From an uncultured Gammaproteobacteria bacterium (lineage in GTDB: Bacteria; Patescibacteriota; Microgenomatia; UBA12405): 24,000 bases of DNA. Positions 1 through 5,552 of the stretch are shown in pieces (the stretch's first letter is position 1; every line of letters starts with the position of its first letter). The position numbers and the translations under genes were made by a program. Under the pieces are notes generated by a model that was not told the origin of the DNA, searched no databases, and saw only the letters and a program-made list of their open reading frames with translations. The stretch is taken from assembly GCA_964596585.1 (NCBI GenBank), contig CAZQUM010000004.1:1-24000 (forward strand). The letters run 5' to 3'.

Positions 1-699
1 TGTTGCTCCAACATTTACATATTGTCTTGCTTCTTCTGCATCAAAAACATATGCAAGTGTTAACAACTTACGTTTAGAAGCCTCATTTATTAATTCGATT
101 TCTTTATTCAAACCAAAACCAATACCGTCAAGATAATTTTTTAGAGCCACTTTTGCCGAATTATTCAGCGGCACTTCTCTTTGTGGGTGGCTTTCATAAC
201 TTTCTACAATAATTGAATTTTCTTTGACATTTTCAAGTTTCAAATTCTCAATTTCCTTAATTCTTAAACCGGCTTGTAGCATCAGTTCAATAATTGCCGT
301 TGCTCGAATATCATTTCTTGCTGCATCACGAAGCGAGCGATATTCAATTGGTTTCAACACTTTAGGAATATCGTTTTCATATTTAGGATGTTTTACTTCT
401 ATCGAAGGATCAGTATTTATTTTTCCTTCATTTCTGAGATGAGCAAAAAAGTTTTTAATGGAATTCAATTTTCTAGAAACCGATTTGGCAGTATAGCCAT
501 TTTCAGTTAAATCTTTTTTAAAATCTTCAATTTCTTTTGAAGTAATTGTAGCCACCTCAGTCACATTTTTTTTATTCAAAAAAACTGCCAGCTGATTAAT
601 ATCACCCTTGTAGGCTACAATAGTATTTACTGACTTACCTTTTTTCTTCAGGTCATCAGTAAACATGTTCAACGCATCATTTACAGTTAAATTAGACAT
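1..699 (-). CDS. Tyrosine recombinase, XerC/XerD family (N-terminal 233 codons; C-terminus lies beyond the left edge)
   Basis: Absent from the ORF track because it is open to the window edge. Translating the minus strand from ATG 699..697 gives 233 codons with no stop: MSNLTVNDALNMFTDDLKKKGKSVNTIVAYKGDINQLAVFL...SVSRKLNSIKNFFAHLRNEGKINTDPS...PKVLKPIEYRSLRDAA...ELMLQAGLRIKEIENLKLENV. This shows a SAM-like core-binding domain followed by the first catalytic Arg box (GLRIxE) of tyrosine recombinases. Confidence 0.75.
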   Translation of the reverse strand, partial: MSNLTVNDALNMFTDDLKKKGKSVNTIVAYKGDINQLAVFLNKKNVTEVATITSKEIEDFKKDLTENGYTAKSVSRKLNSIKNFFAHLRNEGKINTDPSIEVKHPKYENDIPKVLKPIEYRSLRDAARNDIRATAIIELMLQAGLRIKEIENLKLENVKENSIIVESYESHPQREVPLNNSAKVALKNYLDGIGFGLNKEIELINEASKRKLLTLAYVFDAEEARQYVNVGAT

Positions 700-754
700 A
701 TTTTTATTCTAAATATGTCTTATAGTACCACATATTAGGTCGCGTGACAACTTT

Positions 755-934
755 ATGATAAAAAAAAATTTTTACACATTAATTTTAATAATTGTAATCT
801 TTTTTTCTCTCTCTGGGATATATAAACAACTATCTTTACTCTTGAGTGCCCGTTCTCAAATCCACAATTTACAAACTAAAGTCATCAATTTAGAAAAGAG
901 AAATTCTCAATTGGAAAATTCTCTCCATCTTTAG
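755..934 (+). CDS. Small membrane protein, one TM helix plus a coiled coil (FtsB/DivIC-like architecture; hypothetical)
   Basis: 59-aa ORF, below the track cutoff: MIKKNFYTLILIIVIFFSLSGIYKQLSLLLSARSQIHNLQTKVINLEKRNSQLENSLHL, ending at TAG 932..934. It has a hydrophobic N-terminus and a heptad-like C-terminus. No homology was checked. Confidence 0.35.
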   Translation: MIKKNFYTLILIIVIFFSLSGIYKQLSLLLSARSQIHNLQTKVINLEKRNSQLENSLHL

Positions 935-956
935 GGTTTACACCTCATTTTCTTCG

Positions 957-965
957 TGTTAAAAT
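957..965 (+). promoter_or_regulatory. Extended -10 promoter element (TGtTAAAAT) for the first tRNA
   Basis: TGTTAAAAT ends 19 nt upstream of the tRNA 5' end. The identical 9-mer sits upstream of trpS on the other strand. Confidence 0.35.
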
Positions 966-984
966 GCTTCTGCAAAAGCAAACA

Positions 985-1054
985 TGCGGGGTAGTGTACG
1001 GCTGCACGTGAGGCTCATAATCTCACAGGCTGGGTTCAACTCCCAGCCCCGCAA
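985..1054 (+). tRNA. tRNA-Met, anticodon CAT, with an initiator-like acceptor stem
   Basis: Hand-folded cloverleaf. Acceptor TGCGGGG/CCCCGCA, U8 A9, D stem GTGT/GCAC with a GG-containing loop. Anticodon stem TGAGG/TCTCA, loop CTCATAA (CAT at 1016..1018). T stem CTGGG/CCCAG, loop TTCAACT, discriminator A. No encoded CCA. Positions 2-7/66-71 and A72/A73 match my recollection of the E. coli initiator tRNA. The three G:C pairs of the initiator anticodon stem are absent. Confidence 0.8.
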
Positions 1055-1064
1055 CTAACAAAGA

Positions 1065-1091
1065 GGTCGTCATTAACTTGACGACTTTTTT
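1065..1091 (+). terminator. Rho-independent terminator after the first tRNA
   Basis: GTCGTCA (1066..1072) pairs with TGACGAC (1079..1085) around a 6-nt loop. A run of six T (1086..1091) follows. Confidence 0.6.
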
Positions 1092-1113
1092 GTTATCAAA
1101 AATAAGGCATTAT

Positions 1114-1122
1114 TGATATAAT
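1114..1122 (+). promoter_or_regulatory. Extended -10 promoter element (TGaTATAAT) for the tRNA-Met/tRNA-Ile pair
   Basis: TGATATAAT contains a consensus TATAAT and ends 13 nt upstream of the tRNA at 1136. Confidence 0.4.
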
Positions 1123-1135
1123 CACATTGCGCTTT

Positions 1136-1209
1136 GGCAGGATAGCTCAGTTGGTTAGAGCACAGCATTCATAACGCTGAGGTCGAGGGTTCAAGTCCCT
1201 CTCCTGCTA
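1136..1209 (+). tRNA. tRNA with anticodon CAT: elongator tRNA-Met type, though tRNA-Ile2 (lysidine) cannot be excluded
   Basis: 74-nt cloverleaf. Acceptor GGCAGGA/TCCTGCT (G1.U72). D arm GCTCAGTTGGTTAGAGC, identical to E. coli elongator tRNA-Met as I recall it. Anticodon loop TTCATAA (CAT at 1170..1172). T arm GAGGG-TTCAAGT-CCCTC, discriminator A. There is an A31/C39 mismatch at the base of the anticodon stem. Confidence 0.85.
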
Positions 1210-1218
1210 CATCATTTT

Positions 1219-1292
1219 GGGCATGTAGCTCAGCTGGTTAGAGCACCGATCTTATAAGTCGGGGGTCCATGGTTCAAGTCCATGCATGCCTA
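1219..1292 (+). tRNA. tRNA-Ile, anticodon TAT (UAU)
   Basis: 74-nt cloverleaf, 9 nt after the previous tRNA. Acceptor GGGCATG/CATGCCT (G1.U72). D arm GCTCAGCTGGTTAGAGC. Anticodon stem CCGAT/GTCGG, loop CTTATAA (TAT at 1253..1255). T arm CATGG-TTCAAGT-CCATG, discriminator A. Confidence 0.85.
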
Positions 1293-1310
1293 CAAAAGTA
1301 TTTCCCTAAT

Positions 1311-2312
1311 TTAAATGAACCTCATTTTATTTAATACCTCGTCCAGTGTTTTTTGAGCTTCAGCACGAGCTCTTTTACTACCCTCATCAATAATTTGTTT
1401 TATTAGCTCCTCGTTATTTTCATATTGAGCTCTTTTTTTTCTAATTGGATCCAAAAATTTATTAATGGCGATAGCCAATTTAGTTTTTACTTCTACATCT
1501 CCCACCTGACCTTTTGCGTATCTATCCTTAAGATCGGCCACCTCCTCTTTATTCTCATTAAAAGCATCATGATAAATAAATACGGGATTGCCTTCAACAT
1601 GGCCAGGGTCAGTAGCTTTAAGTCGAGTCGAATCCGTGTACATTCCACGAACTTTTTTATTTACCGTCTCTTCGTCATCTGATAAATAAATACAATTATC
1701 AATACTTTTACTCATTTTAGCTTGTCCATCGGTACCTACTAATGTTCCTCCTTCACCAATTAAAGCCTCAGGAATCGGAAAAACTTCACCGAAATTTTTA
1801 TTAAAATCTCTAGCAATCTCTCGGCATACCTCTACATGACTTTGTTGATCCTTTCCCACTGGCACCAAATTCGCTTTAACCATTAATATATCAGCCGCTT
1901 GAAGCACTGGATAATTTAAAAGGCCCAGCGATGGTTGTTCAATATGTAAATCGTGCATTACATCTTTTAATGTTGGCACCCTTAGAGCTCTGGATACAGT
2001 GATTAAATTAGTAAATATTAAAGACAAGTAAGCCACTTCTGGCACCTTTGATTGTTGATAAATTATTGCTTTTTCAGGGTCTATCCCCACCGACAAATAA
2101 TCTAATACTAAACCCTTTACTCGCTCATTAATGAGCGCAGTCTTTTCTCTTGTCATAGCTGTTGTCAAAGTATGTAAATCAGCTATTATGAAAAAACAAT
2201 CATACTGCTTCTGTAGAGCTACTCTATTTTTCAGTGACCCCACATAATGACCCAAATGTAATGGTCCCGTTGGCCTGTCACCAGTCAGTATCTTTTTTTT
2301 ACTTTGTTCCAT
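1311..2312 (-). CDS. trpS: Tryptophan--tRNA ligase
   Basis: 333 aa. Class I signatures are present: [18 protein letters not shown] (HIGH = HLGH) and KMSKS. Length and overall pattern are typical of bacterial TrpRS. Confidence 0.95.
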   Translation of the reverse strand: MEQSKKKILTGDRPTGPLHLGHYVGSLKNRVALQKQYDCFFIIADLHTLTTAMTREKTALINERVKGLVLDYLSVGIDPEKAIIYQQSKVPEVAYLSLIFTNLITVSRALRVPTLKDVMHDLHIEQPSLGLLNYPVLQAADILMVKANLVPVGKDQQSHVEVCREIARDFNKNFGEVFPIPEALIGEGGTLVGTDGQAKMSKSIDNCIYLSDDEETVNKKVRGMYTDSTRLKATDPGHVEGNPVFIYHDAFNENKEEVADLKDRYAKGQVGDVEVKTKLAIAINKFLDPIRKKRAQYENNEELIKQIIDEGSKRARAEAQKTLDEVLNKMRFI

Positions 2313-2324
2313 ATTTATATTGAA

Positions 2325-2333
2325 ATTTTAACA
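2325..2333 (-). promoter_or_regulatory. Extended -10 element (TGtTAAAAT) 12 nt upstream of the trpS ATG
   Basis: The minus strand reads TGTTAAAAT-ttcaatataaat-ATG. This implies a 5' UTR of only a few nt and no Shine-Dalgarno sequence. Confidence 0.35.
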
Positions 2334-2519
2334 TTAAGAAGGCTAATAAGATGATTAGCTAATATTTCACTATTATTGAAAATAATAATTTCTTTATCTA
2401 ATTTTATTGATAAACAATTGGAGAAAAAAGAACTAGCATTAGCACCTAATCTTCCGATAATACCAATTTTTTTGTTTTATTTCATAATTTGTAATTGCTA
2501 ATAAGTAAAGTGGAGATAT

Positions 2520-2657
2520 AAAAAAATCTCCCGAAAACCGGGAGATTAATTATTTTTTAAAAAAATAGTTTTATGCCATTAAAACGTCTCCCGATTGGGC
2601 TATCTCGTTTCGCCAATAGAAAGAGCGTTTAATTAATGTCATCTTGGACAAGTATAG
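2520..2657 (-). ncRNA. Candidate small non-coding transcript or leader (orientation and ends inferred, not demonstrated)
   Basis: Bounded by a minus-strand extended -10 (TGcTAGTAT, 2672..2664) and a strong hairpin with a U-run (2547..2520 on the minus strand). No ORF. Contains complementary segments CGGGAGA/TCTCCCG and a GUUUUA-AUGGCA-UAAAAC hairpin. Confidence 0.25.
2525..2558. terminator. Bidirectional intrinsic terminator hairpin
   Basis: AATCTCCCG (2525..2533) pairs with CGGGAGATT (2539..2547) around loop AAAAC. On the plus strand aattaTTTTTT follows. On the minus strand a T-run follows (the complement of the A-run at 2520..2526). Confidence 0.55.
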
Positions 2658-2659
2658 CA

Positions 2660-2672
2660 TGTTATACTAGCA
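2660..2672. promoter_or_regulatory. Symmetric bidirectional promoter core: plus TGtTATACT, minus TGcTAGTAT
   Basis: The sequence TGTTATACTAGCA reads as an extended -10 on both strands, with hexamers at 2663..2668 (+) and 2669..2664 (-). The plus direction leads to rplY. A second CATGTTATA copy (TGtTATAAA, 2697..2705) lies 23 nt before the rplY ATG. Confidence 0.35.
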
Positions 2673-2728
2673 GAGTCCTCAGTTGTGGTGAAGTCATGTT
2701 ATAAAAGGCACCAAACTGTGAAAATAAA

Positions 2729-3415
2729 ATGAAAAAAGATAATCCCACACTTTCTGCAGCTATTCGTACGGTTACTGGTCGTAAAGTCAAACAACTTCGT
2801 CAACAAGGGCAAACCCCGGCAACTATTTATGGTCATAATATGGAAGCTCTTTCTATTCAATTCACTTCGTTAGAACTTGATAGAATTTTTGCTCATGCAG
2901 GGGAGTCTCTTCTAGTCGATGTCAAGATAAATGAAGATAAATATCCCGTAATTTTTAAAAATCCTCAATTCCATCCAGTTTTAGGAGATTTAATTCATAT
3001 TGACTGCTACAAAGTAAATCTTAAGGAAAAAATTATTGCCACTGTACCTCTTGAGTTAATTGGCGAATCTCCAGCAGTAAAAGCTGGTAATATTCTAGTT
3101 TCTGTCCTTTCTGAACTTGAAGTCGAAGCTCTTCCTTCAGATTTACCAGAAAAAATCGAAGTCAATACAGAATATTTGTTGGAAGTTGGTAATAAAATTT
3201 CAGTTGCCGATATTCATTTGGACGAAGGAATTGAAATTAAAAATGATCCCGAGCAGGTTATTGCTTTGATAGAAGAACCTAAAACCGAAGAAGAGCCTGT
3301 CGCTGAAGAAGTCGCCCCAGAAGACATACCAGCTACTGCTCAAAAAACTGAAGAAGATACCGACAAAAATGAAACATCTGGAGAAGCTAATTCTTCTGAA
3401 GCGAACGAAAAGTAA
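2729..3415 (+). CDS. rplY: 50S ribosomal protein L25, Ctc (long) form
   Basis: 228 aa. The N-terminus TGRKVKQLRQQGQTPATIYGH matches the L25 signature (G+..+.LR..G.+PAV+YG). Two-domain Ctc length with an acidic C-terminal tail. Confidence 0.9.
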   Translation: MKKDNPTLSAAIRTVTGRKVKQLRQQGQTPATIYGHNMEALSIQFTSLELDRIFAHAGESLLVDVKINEDKYPVIFKNPQFHPVLGDLIHIDCYKVNLKEKIIATVPLELIGESPAVKAGNILVSVLSELEVEALPSDLPEKIEVNTEYLLEVGNKISVADIHLDEGIEIKNDPEQVIALIEEPKTEEEPVAEEVAPEDIPATAQKTEEDTDKNETSGEANSSEANEK

Positions 3416-3800
3416 AATAAAGTTGACCAAGATCTTCACGAACAGGGTCCATTTCATGAGCCCTTTGAGCTGCTTGAGATGCCTGCTCATATTCTCCTAA
3501 TTTATAGGAAAGTACGGCTATTTCCGCCCAATCATCAACAGTTTTTTCCCGTTTACTGGTTATTTTAGCTAGACTATTTTGTAACTCTGACAATTCGTTT
3601 TTTTTTGCAAAACTATCAATATCCTTTTTGTCCAAATATTTTTCTTCTTTTTTTGCTTTTTCCCACTGTCCTTTTTCCACCAAGTTGTACCACTCTTGCA
3701 GGTGTCGATAATATCTTTCCCCTTTAGATAGAGGATATAGCCTAATTATCGCCACAGCAAGTAAAAAAAATAAACTACTAATCATCAACATCCTTTTCAT
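3387..3800 (-). CDS. Membrane-anchored TPR-like protein (hypothetical)
   Basis: I start this ORF at the internal ATG 3800 (MKRMLMISSLFFLLAVAII...) rather than 3881. The longer form overlaps tsaC, and an extended -10 (TGaTAGAAT) lies 5 nt upstream of 3800. One N-terminal TM helix, and a C-terminal helical repeat LSYKLGEYEQASQAAQRAHEMDP. Confidence 0.6.
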   Translation of the reverse strand: MKRMLMISSLFFLLAVAIIRLYPLSKGERYYRHLQEWYNLVEKGQWEKAKKEEKYLDKKDIDSFAKKNELSELQNSLAKITSKREKTVDDWAEIAVLSYKLGEYEQASQAAQRAHEMDPVREDLGQLYFTFRSLQKN

Positions 3801-3805
3801 AAATG

Positions 3806-3814
3806 ATTCTATCA
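3806..3814 (-). promoter_or_regulatory. Extended -10 element (TGaTAGAAT) 5 nt upstream of ATG 3800
   Basis: The minus strand reads TGATAGAAT-cattt-ATG, a geometry expected for a leaderless mRNA. Confidence 0.4.
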
Positions 3815-3832
3815 TTAGTTCTCCTATAAAAA

Positions 3833-4930
3833 ATGTTAAAATACAAGGTGCAAATTGTCGATATTTCCAAGGATTATACAAAAGTGCTATTTCAAACAGC
3901 TTTTCATCTTAAGGCTGGTCATTTAGTCGTTTTTCCCTCCGACACAGTCTATATTCTTGCCGTTGATCCTACTCAAGACGCGGCCGTTAATCGCCTCCTT
4001 TCTTTTAAAAACCGTTGGTATGGGAAAGCTATTTCTATTGCCGTTTCCGATATAAAAATGGCTAAAAAATACGTTTTACTAAACAAAGATACTCAAAGCC
4101 TCTATCAAAATTTATTTCCCGGACCTTTTACAATTATTTCTTCTGGCAAACATTCTCTTGCTCCTGGTATTGAAGCTGAGAATGGTTCTCTTGGGGTTCG
4201 TATTCCTGACTCAAATTACATTCTAGATTTACTTAAAATTTTCAAAAAACCTATTACTGCTACTTCAGCCAACCTTTCCGGTCGAACTCCTCACTACTCA
4301 GTTCCTGCTCTTCTCAATACTCTTTCTCAAAAAAAACTAGATTTAATTTCTTTAATAGTTGATGCTGGCCCTCTTCCAAAAAATAAACCATCCACCGTTA
4401 TTGATGCCCTCGGTTCAGATCTTAAAATTCTTCGCCCCGGTCAACTTATTGTCAAGAATGCGCAAACCTTTTCAAGCCAATCTGAAAAAGAAACTTCTGA
4501 TCTCGCCGTTTTTTTAGGGAAAAAATTAAAACCTGCTTTTTCAAAAAAAGCTATAGTGTTTTTACTTTCTGGAGACCTTGGTTGTGGTAAAACTGTTTTC
4601 ACTCGTGCATTAGCAAAATATTTTGGTGTCACTCAAAAAGTTTTATCTCCCACCTATATCATCCATCATACCTATCCGCTGACAAATTCTAATTACTCCG
4701 TTTTTCATCATTTTGATCTTTATCGACTTAATCAATCCTATGAATTTCAAGAAATTGACTTCTTTTCTTATTTTTCTCCCGCTTCAATTTCCGCCATTGA
4801 ATGGCCAGAAAATATGGGTCAAGACAATCTAAAAAAATTACAAAAAAATACTCTTGTTATTCCCATTAATTTTTCTTATTCAGATCAGAATACTCGTCAA
4901 ATTTCTTTTTCTTGGCCTAAAGAAATCTAA
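3833..4930 (+). CDS. tsaC: Bifunctional t6A protein: threonylcarbamoyl-AMP synthase (TsaC/YrdC domain) fused to the TsaE (YjeE) ATPase domain
   Basis: The N-terminal ~205 aa carry YrdC motifs: VVFPSDTVYILAVDP, ITATSANLSGR, STVIDA...ILRPG. The C-terminal ~150 aa carry TsaE motifs: LLSGDLGCGKTVFTRALAKYFGV (P-loop), SPTYIIHHTY, HHFDLYRL, AIEWPENM. It is a single uninterrupted 365-aa frame. Confidence 0.85.
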   Translation: MLKYKVQIVDISKDYTKVLFQTAFHLKAGHLVVFPSDTVYILAVDPTQDAAVNRLLSFKNRWYGKAISIAVSDIKMAKKYVLLNKDTQSLYQNLFPGPFTIISSGKHSLAPGIEAENGSLGVRIPDSNYILDLLKIFKKPITATSANLSGRTPHYSVPALLNTLSQKKLDLISLIVDAGPLPKNKPSTVIDALGSDLKILRPGQLIVKNAQTFSSQSEKETSDLAVFLGKKLKPAFSKKAIVFLLSGDLGCGKTVFTRALAKYFGVTQKVLSPTYIIHHTYPLTNSNYSVFHHFDLYRLNQSYEFQEIDFFSYFSPASISAIEWPENMGQDNLKKLQKNTLVIPINFSYSDQNTRQISFSWPKEI

Positions 4931-5531
4931 AATCAGCAATAAATTTATCACATTCTTCCTCTAACTCCTTTTTATTATTATGAATACACTGAATTGTATA
5001 TTTAAATGTTCCCTTTTCAAAATCCACCAATCTTTGTTTTTCAGCTTTATAAATGAAACTATCCACTCCACCAACCAATAGTGTTGTTGTAAAATTTCTT
5101 TCTGGATATTGCCATGACCATTTTTCTCCAGCATGAAGAGTTATACTCCCTTCATTGCTATAAAAGTTAAACCTTTTTCCACTAGCTTCTTCTTCTGGAT
5201 ATAGTTTTCTCTTATTACTATATATAACAAAGAAATTGTATTCTGGGTCGGCATAATTTAATTCATCGCTTGGTATTGGAGTTGCCGTTTCACTAGCGAC
5301 CGTTGCTCCAGTTGGGATAATTACAGTTTCATTTATTATTGGAGTCGGGCTTGGTCGACTTAAAGTTGGCTCAACAATTTGAGGTTCTTGTTTTTTATTT
5401 TCTGTGACATTTTTTTTATTTCCCAAAATTAAATAAAATATCCCTCCCATAGACAACAAAAGCAAAACTATTGAAATTATCAAATATTTTGACTTTTTAT
5501 TTTCTTCTGTCAGCTTGGCTCTTTCTATCAT
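4917..5531 (-). CDS. Membrane-anchored extracytoplasmic protein (hypothetical)
   Basis: 204 aa. N-terminal TM helix (YLIISIVLLLLSMGGIFYLIL), then a Pro/Thr-rich linker (PTLSRPSPTPI...ATPIPS), then a ~110-aa globular region. No family recognised. Confidence 0.6.
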   Translation of the reverse strand: MIERAKLTEENKKSKYLIISIVLLLLSMGGIFYLILGNKKNVTENKKQEPQIVEPTLSRPSPTPIINETVIIPTGATVASETATPIPSDELNYADPEYNFFVIYSNKRKLYPEEEASGKRFNFYSNEGSITLHAGEKWSWQYPERNFTTTLLVGGVDSFIYKAEKQRLVDFEKGTFKYTIQCIHNNKKELEEECDKFIADFRFL

Positions 5532-5537
5532 ATATTT

Positions 5538-5544
5538 TATAATA
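5538..5544. promoter_or_regulatory. Symmetric bidirectional -10 core (TATAATA) in the 21-bp gap between divergent genes
   Basis: Plus TATAAT (5538..5543) lies 9 nt before the tsaD ATG at 5553. Minus TATTAT (5544..5539) lies 7 nt before the ATG at 5531. No Shine-Dalgarno sequence on either side. Confidence 0.4.
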
Positions 5545-5552
5545 CAGCACTC

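Noticed and set aside
224-442. 72-aa plus-strand ORF from the track
   Set aside because: It lies entirely antisense to the well-supported recombinase frame (1..699, minus). The sequence is low-complexity with no motif, so it is a shadow ORF.
1425-1682. 85-aa plus-strand ORF inside trpS
   Set aside because: Antisense shadow of trpS, with no recognisable features.
2313-2728. Canonical T-box riboswitch upstream of trpS
   Set aside because: I could not find the conserved T-box sequence (AAnnnGGGUGGUACCGCG-like), the Stem I K-turn, or AG-bay motifs. The candidate leader before the terminator is only about 140 nt. trpS also has its own -10 box next to its ATG. It is kept as a generic structured-RNA finding, not called a T-box.
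3290-3415. Acidic low-complexity tail of L25 as something unusual
   Set aside because: As far as I recall, Ctc-form L25 proteins often carry charged C-terminal extensions, so it is not distinctive enough to report.
3200-3490. 96-aa minus-strand ORF overlapping the rplY 3' end
   Set aside because: It overlaps the acidic tail of L25 and is out of frame with the TPR-like gene. The sequence is a repetitive Phe/Ser-rich shadow of the GAA-rich region.
3801-3881. Longer N-terminus (start 3881) for the TPR-like gene
   Set aside because: It would overlap the tsaC start by 49 nt and add a non-hydrophobic extension ahead of the signal anchor. The internal ATG 3800 has an extended -10 box 5 nt upstream.
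4441-4632. 63-aa minus-strand ORF inside the TsaC-TsaE gene
   Set aside because: Antisense to strongly conserved TsaE P-loop coding sequence, so it is a shadow ORF.
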